A DNA stretch of 64,000 nt, taken from assembly GCA_965198235.1 (NCBI GenBank), contig OZ240248.1, positions 4,576,001 through 4,640,000 on the forward strand, in the 5' to 3' direction. Below the pieces are notes generated by a model. It was not told where the DNA came from, ran no database searches, and saw only the letters and a list, made by a program, of their open reading frames with translations. The position numbers and the translations under genes are program-made. This document shows, in pieces, positions 9,157 through 19,566 of the stretch. Origin of the DNA: Candidatus Poribacteria bacterium. Its GTDB lineage: Bacteria; Poribacteria; WGA-4E; WGA-3G. Positions within the stretch are counted from its first letter, which is position 1, and each line of letters begins with the position of its first letter.

Positions 9157-9987
9157 TTAGCGCGTTGATTTTAGCCACTTCTGCACTCGCGCAAGTTTAT
9201 CGGGTGGAATGTGTGAGGTGTTCGCGTCTGTGGGGAATGTGCTGTTCGCTACCTCTTCTTTATACCGGCAGATTGCTTCAAAAGTCAGCTGACTGTAATC
9301 TTGATAGCGTTTGGCGTGTTTGAGTGGGGGACCTATGCCTAATATATCGTTGATAACGAGTACTTGCCCGTCACAGAATCGTCCTGCGCCAATACCGATG
9401 GTCGGAATATTAAGCTTATCCGTTATGATTTGACTTACCTCTTCAGTGATTTTCTCAAGGACGATGAGTTTCGCGCCAGCGGCTGCGAGTGCTTCTGCCG
9501 CTTCAATGAGTCGTTTCGCTCTGGCAAAAGTTTTTCCGTGGGTTGATGCCTTGGTGCCGTGGATTTGCGGATTGTGTCCGATGTGCGCACAGGTATCTAT
9601 ACCGTGTTCGGTGAGTGCGGTAACAATGGGGACCTTTTCTGGACCACCTTCCAATTTAACACCGTCTGCTCCATCAGATATAAAGAGTTTCGCATTTGTG
9701 ACGGCTTGCGTCACATCGCGATCTGCGGCGTATGGCATATCAACGAGGAGGTAAGCGTCTGTCACACCTCGGCGTACTGCTTTGAGGTGGTGACGCATAT
9801 CTGCCATCGTCACCTCCGTCTCGTTTTTGTAGCCGAGAACGTTGGTTCCAACGCTGTCGCCAACGAAGACGATATCGATGCCCGCCTCGTCTTGCAAACA
9901 AGCGGTAGGATAGTCGTAACAGGTCAACACAGTAATCGGTTGCTGTTCCTGTTTTTTGGTGTGCAGATAAGCGATGTTTTTCTTCAC
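9157..9987 (-). CDS. panB: 3-methyl-2-oxobutanoate hydroxymethyltransferase
   Basis: TCYDY, VGDS, DMPY, VKLEGG, IGIGAG and DGQVLV motifs. Confidence 0.95.
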   Translation of the reverse strand: MKKNIAYLHTKKQEQQPITVLTCYDYPTACLQDEAGIDIVFVGDSVGTNVLGYKNETEVTMADMRHHLKAVRRGVTDAYLLVDMPYAADRDVTQAVTNAKLFISDGADGVKLEGGPEKVPIVTALTEHGIDTCAHIGHNPQIHGTKASTHGKTFARAKRLIEAAEALAAAGAKLIVLEKITEEVSQIITDKLNIPTIGIGAGRFCDGQVLVINDILGIGPPLKHAKRYQDYSQLTFEAICRYKEEVANSTFPTDANTSHIPPDKLARVQKWLKSTR

Positions 9988-10006
9988 TTTTTAAATTATT
10001 AACTTC

Positions 10007-10211
10007 TGTTAACCATCAACTCGTGCTTTAACATCTATAATGGAGTCGAGTTGATGGTTAAACTGCTCCAAATGTAAAGCAAAGACAAATTATGCCATTT
10101 AAGGAAACCTAATTTCATTCCGCAGTGGTTTTCGTTTTTTTAAGCTATTGAATTTGTTAACCATCAACTCGTGCTTTAATATTTATAACGGAGTCGAGCT
10201 GATGGTTAAAC
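10007..10211. repeat. Two 57-nt palindromic direct repeats (10007-10063, 10155-10211) flanking a dispersed repeat
   Basis: Each unit is TTAACCATCAACTCG...CGAG(T/C)TGATGGTTAA; 10069-10119 is identical over 51 nt to 50142-50192. Confidence 0.85.
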
Positions 10212-10353
10212 CGTTCCACTTCGTTTCACGGTGGTTTTCGGCTAAATCCAACCATCTCTGGGTTATGATGGGTTCTCCTACCCTCTTAAAAACCGTCCAC
10301 CTCCCCGGGCACATCGGAATTAACCAGACACCATCGTGGAACGTAGTGGAACG
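10212..10353. mobile_element. MITE-like element with imperfect ~38-nt terminal inverted repeats
   Basis: Left end CGTTCCACTTCGTTTCACGGTGGTTTTCGGCTAAATCC; right end reverse complement CGTTCCACTACGTTCCACGATGGTGTCTGGTTAATTCC; related pieces at 12797-12852, ~33293-33329 (inverted) and ~50186-50218. Confidence 0.6.
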
Positions 10354-10363
10354 ATGCCCAGAT

Positions 10364-11239
10364 TCAACTAATTAAAAATTCTGCTACGGTTTCTCCAATA
10401 GTGGCGAGGCTATCGGCAACAGCGATTCCGGCATCTTTGAGTGCTCGAATTTTATCAGCGGCTGTGCCTTGTCCACCGGAGATAATCGCACCCGCATGTC
10501 CCATCCGCTTTCCGGGTGGCGCGGTCTGCCCAGCAATAAAACCGACAACAGGTTTCGTCATTTCGTTTTTCACAAACTGCGCTGCTTTTTCCTCAGCCGT
10601 TCCACCGATTTCACCTATTAAGACGATGGCGTGTGTGTCGTCGTCCGCTTCAAAAAGCTTGAGGACATCAATGAAGTTTGTCCCAATCACCGGATCGCCA
10701 CCAATGCCGACACAGGTGGACTGCCCAATACCGAGTCGCTTCAGTTGATATGCGGCTTCGTAAGTCAAGGTACCGCTTCGGGAGACGATCCCAACGTTGC
10801 CGGGTGTATAGGCAAACTCAGGCATAACGCCGATTTTGCATTCACCGGGTGTGATGACACCAGGACAGTTCGGTCCGATTAATCGGGTCGATTTTCCTTG
10901 AAGGAACGCCTTTGCTTTGACCATATCGAGAACAGGAATGTGTTCGGAGATGCAGACAATCAGTTCGACACCTGCTTCTGCCGCTTCCATGACGGAGTCT
11001 GCCGCGTTGAAACGGGCGGGGACGAAAATCAGCGAGGTATCCGCTCCTGTTGCTGCAACCCCATCTGCCACAGTGTCATACACAGGGATGCCATTCACAT
11101 CAGACCCACCTCTGCCGGGGACAGCACCCGCAACAATCTGGCTGCCGTAAGCCGCGCACTGTTCTGTGTGAAAGCGTCCAGAACGACCTGTGATGCCTTG
11201 AACGAGTACTTTTGTATTTTTGTTAACGAGTATACTCAT
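10364..11239 (-). CDS. sucD: Succinyl-CoA synthetase alpha subunit
   Basis: [34 protein letters not shown] and RMGHAGA (phospho-His). Confidence 0.97.
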   Translation of the reverse strand: MSILVNKNTKVLVQGITGRSGRFHTEQCAAYGSQIVAGAVPGRGGSDVNGIPVYDTVADGVAATGADTSLIFVPARFNAADSVMEAAEAGVELIVCISEHIPVLDMVKAKAFLQGKSTRLIGPNCPGVITPGECKIGVMPEFAYTPGNVGIVSRSGTLTYEAAYQLKRLGIGQSTCVGIGGDPVIGTNFIDVLKLFEADDDTHAIVLIGEIGGTAEEKAAQFVKNEMTKPVVGFIAGQTAPPGKRMGHAGAIISGGQGTAADKIRALKDAGIAVADSLATIGETVAEFLIS

Positions 11240-11335
11240 GTTTTTTTTAAATATACCGATTTTCCAGATGTTGCCCCAATCCGGTGATCGAGGCAACAAG
11301 GTGTTTTTGCTTGGGTGTTTCCAACGTGTTTTGGT

Positions 11336-12772
11336 TTAATAAGCGCGAGCAAAGACAGCAACTTCTTTCGCAGATTTACCGCAGATAATACATTCGCCAT
11401 CTCCACCGGGTTGTTCCATCGGGAGGCATCGGATAGTCGCCTGTGTATCTTCTCTGGCTTGCTCCTCACAGGCTGCATCGCCACACCAGCGTGCGTATGC
11501 AAATCCATCTTCGATAACCTCTTTAAAGGCGTCATAGGTGGTAGGTTTAAAGGTATTCGTATCGCGGAAGTCTATTGCCCGTTTGAGCATATCCGCCTGA
11601 ATGGTGTCAAGCATCTGCTTCACCGTCTCGGCAGCATCGTCAATCGGCACAAATGTTTTGCCTTCCTTACCGGGTCTATCACGTCGTGCAAGAACAATCT
11701 GCTGTTTGCTCAAATCACGGGGACCGATCTCTATGCGTAACGGCACGCCTCTGAGTTCCCATTCGTTGAATCGCCAACCGAGTGAGTGATCGTGTCTATC
11801 GTCAACGTGGTAGCGAACACTGCCCAAGGTTTCGCAGATGCCGTCAACGGCTTGCATGACGGCTTGTTTATCGCTGTCGTTATTTTTAGGAACGATTGGC
11901 ACAATGACGAGTTGAGTGGGTGCGAGTCTTGGTGGTAGAACTAACCCTTGGTCGTCCCCGTGTGTCATGATAATCGCACCGATCATTCGAGTGCTCACCC
12001 CCCAGCTGGTTGTCCAGCAGTGCTGCTGTTTCTGGTTTGCATCGAGATACTGAATATCAAAGGCTTTGGCGAAGTTCTGCCCTAAGTCGTGTGAAGTGCC
12101 AGTTTGGAGGGCGCGTTTATCACCCATCATTGCTTCGATGGTATAGGAGGTTAGCGCGCCGGGAAACCTTTCACTTTCACTTTTACGTCCAGGGATGACG
12201 GGTATCGCAGCTTCATTGATTGCAAAATCGGCGTAGAGGTCCAGGATGCGTAGGGTCTCTTCTTCAGCCTCCTCATGCGTTGCGTGAGCGGTATGTCCTT
12301 CTTGCCAGAAGAATTCCATCGTCCTTAGAAAGAGACGAGTACGCAATTCCCATCGGACTACGTTCGCCCATTGATTGATAAGTACTGGTAGATCTCGGTA
12401 GGACTGAATCCACTGGCTGTACATGTAACCGATAATGGTTTCAGATGTCGGTCGCACCACAAGCGGGTCTTCCAGTTTCTTTCCACCGCCGTGGGTGACA
12501 ACAGCGAGTTCTGGTTTAAAGCCCTTGACGTGTTCCGCTTCTTTTTCAATGAAACTCATCGGAATGAAGAGCGGGAAGGCGGCATTTTGGTGTCCCGTTT
12601 CTTTGAACCGGGTATCCAATTGTTCTTTGACGTTTTCCCAGAGCGCGTAGCCGTAAGGACGGACTACCATACATCCGCGCACAGGGGCGTAGTCAGCCAT
12701 CTCTGCTTGACGGATGACCTGAGTATACCATTTTGCGTAGTCTTCACTACGGGGAACTATTTTATCAAACAT
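11336..12772 (-). CDS. proS: Proline--tRNA ligase, archaeal/eukaryote-like type
   Basis: RPTSET, QWANVVRWE, FLRTMEFFWQEGHT, C-terminal Zn-binding cysteines and FARAY end; no INS editing domain. Confidence 0.96.
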   Translation of the reverse strand: MFDKIVPRSEDYAKWYTQVIRQAEMADYAPVRGCMVVRPYGYALWENVKEQLDTRFKETGHQNAAFPLFIPMSFIEKEAEHVKGFKPELAVVTHGGGKKLEDPLVVRPTSETIIGYMYSQWIQSYRDLPVLINQWANVVRWELRTRLFLRTMEFFWQEGHTAHATHEEAEEETLRILDLYADFAINEAAIPVIPGRKSESERFPGALTSYTIEAMMGDKRALQTGTSHDLGQNFAKAFDIQYLDANQKQQHCWTTSWGVSTRMIGAIIMTHGDDQGLVLPPRLAPTQLVIVPIVPKNNDSDKQAVMQAVDGICETLGSVRYHVDDRHDHSLGWRFNEWELRGVPLRIEIGPRDLSKQQIVLARRDRPGKEGKTFVPIDDAAETVKQMLDTIQADMLKRAIDFRDTNTFKPTTYDAFKEVIEDGFAYARWCGDAACEEQAREDTQATIRCLPMEQPGGDGECIICGKSAKEVAVFARAY

Positions 12773-12796
12773 TTTTTTAACTATTAGATCTGGTCA

Positions 12797-12852
12797 CCGT
12801 TCCACTTCATTTCACGGTGGTTTTCGGTTAATTCCAATCGCCTCTGGGTTAT
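12797..12852. repeat. Dispersed repeat of the 10212-10353 family
   Basis: CCGTTCCACTTCATTTCACGGTGGTTTTCGGTTAATTCCAATCGCCTCTGGGTTAT closely matches 10211-10266. Confidence 0.75.
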
Positions 12853-12868
12853 ATAGTTTAAAGAATCG

Positions 12869-14059
12869 TTAAAAATCTGTTAAAGCAATGATGCCCGGTA
12901 GAGACTTACCTTCTAAAAACTCTAAGGAGGCACCGCCTCCAGTTGAGATATGCGTCATTCGATCCGCGACACCGGCTTGTTGTATCGCCGCGACACAGTC
13001 TCCACCGCCAATAATGCTCACTGATTCTGAATCTGCAATCTGTTTTGCAATCGAAACTGTGCCTTGTGCGAACTTCTCAAATTCATAGACCCCTAAAGGT
13101 CCATTCCACACCACAGTTTCTGCTGTTTCAATCTGCTTACCAAACGCCGATACGGTTTCGGGACCGATATCCAATCCTTGCCAACCCTCCGGGATATTTC
13201 CTTTGTCCACAATCTGTGATTCGGTTTCAGGGTCAAAGGCTTTTCCCACGACATGGTCCAGCGGTAGTAGGACGGAATCCGAGAAGCCTTCTCTTTCGGA
13301 CAACGATTTTGCAACATCAAGTTTTTCAGTTTCGACAATTGAGTTGCCAATACTAAATCCCATCGCCGACAGAAATGTATATGCCATACCTCCACCGATG
13401 AGAAGTTTATCAACCTTTCCAAGGAGGTTCTCGATCAGCGTGATTTTGTCGGATATTTTCGCACCACCGAGGATAGCGACATAGGGACGTGCAGGATCTT
13501 CAAGGGTGGTGCTGAGATAATAGATTTCGCGTGCCATCAAGAGTCCAACGACACACGGGCTGAGATAGTGGGTTACTCCCTCCGTTGATGCGTGGGCACG
13601 ATGTGCTGTACCAAATGCGTCATTCACATAAATATCCGCGAGTGAGGCAAGTTGCGCAGCGAATGCCGTGTCGTTCGCAGTTTCCTCGGCATAGAATCGG
13701 ACATTCTCAAGGAGTAGAACTTCTCCGTTACGCATTGACGCAACGGCACTTTGCACCGACTCACCGATGCAATCGTTGACATGTGCCACACGTGTACCGA
13801 GTTTGCGGCTAAGAGCTACGGCGATTGGTTCAGTCGAAAGCGTTTTCCGGTCAGTTGCCGAACCTACCTCGGGCCTACCTAAATGTGTTACAAGGATAAT
13901 TTTGGCATCAGCGTTGATGAGTGCTAAGAGTGTCGGCAAAGCGGCGGTGATACGGGTTTCGTCTGTAATCCTCCCATCTTTCATCGGGACATTGAAATCC
14001 ACCCGTAAGAGAACGCGTTTCCCACTAACGTCTATATCCTTTAATTCGAGTTTTTCCAT
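12869..14059 (-). CDS. pgk: Phosphoglycerate kinase
   Basis: RVDFNVP, HLGRP, LLENVRF, NDAFGTAHRAHAS and STGGGASLEFLEG motifs. Confidence 0.98.
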   Translation of the reverse strand: MEKLELKDIDVSGKRVLLRVDFNVPMKDGRITDETRITAALPTLLALINADAKIILVTHLGRPEVGSATDRKTLSTEPIAVALSRKLGTRVAHVNDCIGESVQSAVASMRNGEVLLLENVRFYAEETANDTAFAAQLASLADIYVNDAFGTAHRAHASTEGVTHYLSPCVVGLLMAREIYYLSTTLEDPARPYVAILGGAKISDKITLIENLLGKVDKLLIGGGMAYTFLSAMGFSIGNSIVETEKLDVAKSLSEREGFSDSVLLPLDHVVGKAFDPETESQIVDKGNIPEGWQGLDIGPETVSAFGKQIETAETVVWNGPLGVYEFEKFAQGTVSIAKQIADSESVSIIGGGDCVAAIQQAGVADRMTHISTGGGASLEFLEGKSLPGIIALTDF

Positions 14060-14179
14060 ATTTTTAACAATTGGGTTTCTGCACGGTTTTGTCCGCCCCC
14101 TCCGAGTAACGGATGGGGACTTCTGTCCAAAACCGGTTTTCTATCAATTCGGACGGTTATGTCGCTAATTGCCTTATTT

Positions 14180-15364
14180 TTATGCGGGGTTCGCCGCCTC
14201 TACTGCCAGTTGTGCGGCTTCAGAGAGCCCTTCTGCTTGTTGAACGTTCAAATCCGATTCGGCAATGATCTGTTTTCCAAGCTCCACGTTTGTCCCTTCT
14301 AACCGAACCACAAGCGGGACACTGAGTTCGACCTGTTTTGCGGCTTCGAGGATGCCGTTTGCGATTGTGTCGCATTTCATGATGCCGCCAAAGATGTTAA
14401 CGAGAACAGCCTTCACGTTTTCGTCTGCGAGGATGAGACGGAACGCGTGTGCAACTGCTTCTACAGATGCGCCACCACCGACATCAAGGAAGTTTGCCGG
14501 TTCGCCGCCGTTCTGTTTGATGATGTCCATTGTTGCCATAGCGAGTCCTGCGCCGTTCACCATGCAACCGATATCGCCATCAAGACGGATGTAACTTAAA
14601 CCTGATTCGCTTGCTTCTAATTCACTCGGATCTTCTTCGTATGGATCACGCATCTCAGCTATATCGGGATGTCGCCAGAGTGAGTTGTCATCAAGGTTTA
14701 CCTTGGAATCGAGGGCGACAATGTCTAATTCGTCATCCGTTTTTACAATTGCCAGGGGATTAATCTCTACCAACGAACAGTCGCATTCAGTAAACGCATC
14801 ATAAAGCGACAAAATCAATTTGGTGGCGTTCGGGATAACAGAGCGGTAGTTTATATCGGTGATGAGTTTGTATGCGAACTCCCGCGCTTGAAACTCAGTT
14901 AATCCGAAGGCTGGGTGAACCTTCGCCTTAATAATCTTTTCAGGGGTTTGTGCCGCAACCTCCTCAATGTTAACACCCCCCTCTTCGCTTCCGATTAAGG
15001 TGAGTCGTGACGTTTCCCGATCGAGCAATATGGCGAGGTAGAACTCTTTCTCTATTTCTGCGGCTTCAGCGATTAGCACTTTATGAACACGCTTCCCTTC
15101 AGGACCGGTCTGGGGTGTCACCAGTTGCATCCCGAGAATAGCGTCGGCGTGTTGTTTAACTTCGGCGGGTGAATTTGCGAGTTTGACTCCGCCACCCTTT
15201 CCACGCCCACCAGCATGGATCTGTGCCTTGATAACGTATGTGGAACAACTGAGTTTCTCTGCGATCACTTCGGCTTCCTCTGGCGTTTCGGCGACCTTAC
15301 CGGGTAGCGTATTGACACCATAGGATTCTAAGATTTGTCTGGCTTGATATTCGTGGATGTTCAT
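14180..15364 (-). CDS. sucC: Succinyl-CoA synthetase beta subunit
   Basis: [34 protein letters not shown] and NIFGGI motifs. Confidence 0.98.
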   Translation of the reverse strand: MNIHEYQARQILESYGVNTLPGKVAETPEEAEVIAEKLSCSTYVIKAQIHAGGRGKGGGVKLANSPAEVKQHADAILGMQLVTPQTGPEGKRVHKVLIAEAAEIEKEFYLAILLDRETSRLTLIGSEEGGVNIEEVAAQTPEKIIKAKVHPAFGLTEFQAREFAYKLITDINYRSVIPNATKLILSLYDAFTECDCSLVEINPLAIVKTDDELDIVALDSKVNLDDNSLWRHPDIAEMRDPYEEDPSELEASESGLSYIRLDGDIGCMVNGAGLAMATMDIIKQNGGEPANFLDVGGGASVEAVAHAFRLILADENVKAVLVNIFGGIMKCDTIANGILEAAKQVELSVPLVVRLEGTNVELGKQIIAESDLNVQQAEGLSEAAQLAVEAANPA

Positions 15365-15614
15365 CTTTTGTATAGTTTTCGGTGAAGCTCCTTTGGCACT
15401 TGTAATTACTGGTATTTTTTGTGAGTGTGTTTCAGACTCATGTATTTAGAAATTATACTATACTTGAGAGAAAATTGCAAGTTTTTCAGGTTTGTTGGTA
15501 TTACTGGATACTTTCAATATTTCTTTTAAGCAAGAGTTGATTCCACACCAATTTTGTGTTATACTATTTGCGGTAGTTTCAACCTCATGGAGAATAGAGA
15601 AGGGGAGTAATTCT

Positions 15615-16598
15615 ATGAAGCAGCAAATCAACAGCGTGAAACGCATAATATCGCGAACTGCCCAAACATCTGCAACAGAATTGCTAAATGCGTCTTCAAA
15701 AGTAGAGCATGTTGGGCGTGGAACAATCTTAGAGGCCTCAAACATAGTAAAATCGCAAGTTAGCAGAACTTGCGGTCTAGTTAAAGATAAACTGTCAGAT
15801 CTGAACTTGAAGCAGGTGGAATGGGTCGTGCCAGCGACAGTTGTGGGAAATTTGAATGCCGCAGTACCTTGTATGTTAAAAGACCTTCCACGAGTTGCCA
15901 AATCCCTTGCGATCAGGGCGGGTGGCATAGCTCCAGACAAACTATTCAACCGGATACCTGTTGGTGTGAAATTGACGGAAGAGAGCATTGTGGAGTTTCT
16001 AAGAATTCACGATGTGAGTCATCGTATTTCAATCAAGAATGCACCGACAAAAGCAGGCGACATTGACAACGTCATTTTTGAGATTGCTTCGAGGAACCGT
16101 GTACGTGGATCGAATAACATGACTCGCACCGAATTTCAGAGTGCTCGGTTCAGCAATACTATCGCGGGCATAAAATGTGGCTTTAAAACTGCTGTAGGCA
16201 CTGCAGCCAAAGGGGCACTATTCGGTGCCTTATTAGAGCTGCCTATAACTTGCATTGAGAACGCGTTGCACGTCAGAAACAACCGAAAATCAGTGAAAGA
16301 TGCCCGTGCAGATGCAGCAAGAGACATTGGCATAAGTGCTGGATTTGCAGGTGCGGCTGCAGGTGCTTTCACAGGTTTGAGTTTACTTGGTGTGACATTG
16401 GGCCCTGCTGCTATACCTTTGGCTATTGTTGGCGGTGCTGTGTACACTTGGTCAGCGGCAGACAGAATTTGGAAAGCGTTAGATGATACAACGCAGAAGA
16501 AGTTGATGAATTCTAATCCAATGCTGTTCCTAACATCGGTTGCTTGCCTTGAGGACGGACACCAAGATAGGTCTGCGTTGAAGATGTTGCCTGAATAG
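15615..16598 (+). CDS. Hypothetical protein with an HNH/GHH-like nuclease segment and Gly/Ala-rich hydrophobic C-terminal helices
   Basis: GGGGAG RBS before ATG 15615; segment HDVSHRISIKNAPTKAGDIDNVIFEIASRNRVRG; glycine-zipper-like region GISAGFAGAAAGAFTG. Confidence 0.5.
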   Translation: MKQQINSVKRIISRTAQTSATELLNASSKVEHVGRGTILEASNIVKSQVSRTCGLVKDKLSDLNLKQVEWVVPATVVGNLNAAVPCMLKDLPRVAKSLAIRAGGIAPDKLFNRIPVGVKLTEESIVEFLRIHDVSHRISIKNAPTKAGDIDNVIFEIASRNRVRGSNNMTRTEFQSARFSNTIAGIKCGFKTAVGTAAKGALFGALLELPITCIENALHVRNNRKSVKDARADAARDIGISAGFAGAAAGAFTGLSLLGVTLGPAAIPLAIVGGAVYTWSAADRIWKALDDTTQKKLMNSNPMLFLTSVACLEDGHQDRSALKMLPE

Positions 16599-16763
16599 AT
16601 TAGTTTCGTAGGCGAGATTTCTAACTTCCTACTTTCTCTAATTTGGTTTTTCTGTAGATCCGAGATTCAGAAAACATAAAGATGTCGTCCTAATTCAGGG
16701 CCCAGCGTCCTCAAGGTACTAAGTAGGATTTGCATGGTTTTTTGAGAGACAGGATATACGACA

Positions 16764-18353
16764 TCAGTCTGAGGGACGTTCCTGCATTACAGGAATTACG
16801 TAACTCCGAATTGTTAATCCGTCTAATATTTCTGTCTCCACGCGCGGTTCCCGCATGTTGCGATGGTCGAACACTACATAATATCCTTCTTCTGCGCTTT
16901 CTAATTTAGCGTACGCTGCAAGTTGTGCTTTACCTACCTGATAGCGGGAATCTCCCCCCCAGATTTTTGTCTCAACGATATATTTTCGATGGCTATGATG
17001 GATGAGAAGATCCATTCTGCCACGACCTGTTTGTACCTCAAGGTACATAGTTCCGCCCACAATTTGGACGAACTGCTCAAGATACGCAAAGAGAAGGAGC
17101 TGTCCGACATATTCTTGGGGAGTATCCGGGACTTGTAAAATTTTGAAGCCTGCACGGGCGATAAAGTCGCGGAAATTATCAAGGAGCACTGTCATCTGAA
17201 TCTGACCATCCGGTGTGAGATAATCCTGAAATCCTGCGCGATTGTCTTCTGGTAAATACTCCCGCTCCAGTCCATTCACTATCGGTTTGAATGCATGCAT
17301 GATGCAATAGTGATAAATTGGGTTGATAATTTCACACATACCGTCAGCCCCTTCCGCAATGACACCGTAAGTGGCGAGTTCATTGATCCGCTCATTGTAA
17401 AGGTTAAATCTTACACCTTCATCATAGGAGGCAATTTTCATGAGGAGTGCCTCAAACCGCCGGTCCCTACGGATATTTGCCACCAGATGTTCAATGTTCG
17501 TGTTTCGTCCACGAAGGAGCTGCGCGTGTGCTTTTGAAAAGGGATCCATTGTAATCGGTTCGCTTTTTGGAATGTCTAATTCCTCGGTAAGAATTTGCGC
17601 GAAGCGATTGACAAGTACAGGTTGTCCAGCAGTTTGTTTGTGAATAGCTTCAATAGTGTCAGGTGCGAAGGGTTGTCCAACTTCATCGGTATATTGTGAA
17701 AATAGTTCTCGCACCTGTTCAAGTGTAAAATTGGGCAGTTTGAATTCGTCTTGTATATTAAAGGGAGAGATGGAGCGATCGTAGTTCAGTTGTGTGATGC
17801 TTTTGACTCCGACGATGCTGATGCTATGTGGGCATCGCGTTCTTCCAGAGAGATAGATGTGACGAAGCGAATGTAGAAATCCTCTGATCGCGTCTTGGGG
17901 GATGCCATCAAACTCATCAATAATCATAACAAGCCGTTGCTCTTTCAATAGACCCCCAAGGTCTTCAAAAAACTTTCGCATTGAAATGTGTTCGGTTATC
18001 TCCGCACTTGCTAAAAAACGGTTGAGCCTATCGCCGGGATTCTCTTGGCGTTTTTGGAAGACGCTTTGAATTTGTTTACATATTTCTTCGCAGAGGGATG
18101 GATAAAAAATGGTGGTATCACTGTCCACGTATCCTTCAAAATTAAGCTGTATTGGGAAATAGGTGCTTCCTTGGTCTTCAAGCACATTGAGTGCATTTCG
18201 GAAGAATGTGGTTTTGCCCGTCTGACGTGGCGCAAAGAGGACAATGTACCTTCCCTTTTTTAAGCGATTCACAAAATCTGAGAGTTCATCTGTCCGTGCG
18301 ACGACGTAGTTATCCTCGGGATATACGGGACCCCTTGTTTCAAACCATTTCAT
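16764..18353 (-). CDS. AAA-like ATPase with a C-terminal PD-(D/E)xK nuclease-like domain
   Basis: Walker A APRQTGKT, Walker B IIDEFD, C-terminal GRGRMDL...IVETK...QLAAY. Confidence 0.8.
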   Translation of the reverse strand: MKWFETRGPVYPEDNYVVARTDELSDFVNRLKKGRYIVLFAPRQTGKTTFFRNALNVLEDQGSTYFPIQLNFEGYVDSDTTIFYPSLCEEICKQIQSVFQKRQENPGDRLNRFLASAEITEHISMRKFFEDLGGLLKEQRLVMIIDEFDGIPQDAIRGFLHSLRHIYLSGRTRCPHSISIVGVKSITQLNYDRSISPFNIQDEFKLPNFTLEQVRELFSQYTDEVGQPFAPDTIEAIHKQTAGQPVLVNRFAQILTEELDIPKSEPITMDPFSKAHAQLLRGRNTNIEHLVANIRRDRRFEALLMKIASYDEGVRFNLYNERINELATYGVIAEGADGMCEIINPIYHYCIMHAFKPIVNGLEREYLPEDNRAGFQDYLTPDGQIQMTVLLDNFRDFIARAGFKILQVPDTPQEYVGQLLLFAYLEQFVQIVGGTMYLEVQTGRGRMDLLIHHSHRKYIVETKIWGGDSRYQVGKAQLAAYAKLESAEEGYYVVFDHRNMREPRVETEILDGLTIRSYVIPVMQERPSD

Positions 18354-18544
18354 CTTTCTATCCTCCTTGAAGCAACTGAGGAAATTATATCATATTGTGG
18401 TGTGGAAGTCTATAAGAAACAGAAGTCAGTGTTTTGATTTCTACTCGTTTTAGAGGGAGTCGAGGTCGGAGGTTGCTCCTGCAGCCGGAGGAACTTGATC
18501 AGAGAATCAGAAGGACGAGTGGATTAAATGGCCTACTTATAGAA

Positions 18545-19066
18545 CTATAAGACACAATCTTCTTTTTTTAGAACGGATTTGCTGTCTTCAAGGCGGTTGA
18601 GTAAGGTAAGAATAGTTTCCTGAAAGACAGGATGCACAAGATCCGGTGCGATCTCCGCTAACGGGACCAATACGAAACCGCGAAGATGCATCTCCGGATG
18701 CGGAACGACGAGTTTCTCTGTCTGAACGCACAAATCTCCATAGATTAATATGTCCAAGTCAATCTCTCTTGGACCCCAGTGGATGCGATGTTTTCTACCA
18801 ATAGCGGTCTCGATGTCTTTTAAGGCATGCAGCAAGGAGAGGGGAGAAAGGGAGGTTTGAATGGCGGCGACACCGTTCAGGAATTGTGCTTGTGCCTCAT
18901 ATCCTACTGGTTCGGTTTTGTAAATGGAGGAAACTTCTTTTAAGGTGATTCCCTCCGTTTTTGATAGGGTACGGATGGCATTCTGGATATGTGCAAGTCG
19001 GTCGCCGATGTTGCTTCCGAAGCCGATATAGACTACGTGTATGGAGTTTAGGGTTGATAACAACAT
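18545..19066 (-). CDS. folK: 2-amino-4-hydroxy-6-hydroxymethyldihydropteridine diphosphokinase (start uncertain, may extend to 19111)
   Basis: [30 protein letters not shown] and FVLVPLAEI motifs. Confidence 0.95.
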   Translation of the reverse strand: MLLSTLNSIHVVYIGFGSNIGDRLAHIQNAIRTLSKTEGITLKEVSSIYKTEPVGYEAQAQFLNGVAAIQTSLSPLSLLHALKDIETAIGRKHRIHWGPREIDLDILIYGDLCVQTEKLVVPHPEMHLRGFVLVPLAEIAPDLVHPVFQETILTLLNRLEDSKSVLKKEDCVL

Positions 19067-19103
19067 GGCTGAACCCGGGCGATTTGTGAATGCCATAAAC
19101 TGG

Positions 19104-19340
19104 TTAAGCACTCACTAAAAGTTCCTCAAGGTTCCTCCCGATCGTTGGATGTGGAAGCGGTTTATTTTCTTTCTGTGCGTGTATCAATAGTTCGTCAACA
19201 ATTTCGCATAGCTGACGGTAAACTTCTACCTCATTATCACCATGGCAGCACGGGCCGATGATTCCCGGACAATATCCGATGAAACATTCATCCTCGTCTG
19301 ACCATTCGACGATCTTGATATATTTCGCACTGTCGCTCAT
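19104..19340 (-). CDS. hicB: HicB-like antitoxin, short form without a DNA-binding domain
   Basis: [16 protein letters not shown]...CHGDN...PLP fold signature; overlaps the hicA stop (ATGA). Confidence 0.75.
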   Translation of the reverse strand: MSDSAKYIKIVEWSDEDECFIGYCPGIIGPCCHGDNEVEVYRQLCEIVDELLIHAQKENKPLPHPTIGRNLEELLVSA

Positions 19341-19531
19341 CTTTGAGATTCCTCAATTTTTAATTTAACCTGTTTCTCTTGGTAAGGTTTAGCGTCATCA
19401 CCGAGGTTCCCAGAAATGACAGCTATTGGACCTTTAGGATGTTCATAAGTTCTGTGGCTCCCTTTTCCACCTATATTGATAAATCCTGCTTTTCTCAAGT
19501 CCGCAATGAGTTGTCGTATTTTTCTGGGCAT
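19337..19531 (-). CDS. hicA: HicA family mRNA interferase toxin
   Basis: 64 aa; LRKAGF...GKGSHRTYEHP motif. Confidence 0.88.
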   Translation of the reverse strand: MPRKIRQLIADLRKAGFINIGGKGSHRTYEHPKGPIAVISGNLGDDAKPYQEKQVKLKIEESQR

Positions 19532-19566
19532 AGAATTTACTGGGGCGGAAAGTTTGCTATATCCTA

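Noticed and set aside
10007-10211. Possible CRISPR array from palindromic direct repeats
   Set aside because: Only two 57-nt units, a 91-nt spacer that itself contains a dispersed repeat, and no cas genes in the window
11336-12772. Archaeal/eukaryote-type ProRS as a novelty
   Set aside because: This type is established in many bacterial phyla
16764-18353. AAA-ATPase/nuclease gene as part of a multi-gene defence system
   Set aside because: It is a solitary gene, convergent with its neighbour, with no partner genes to support a system
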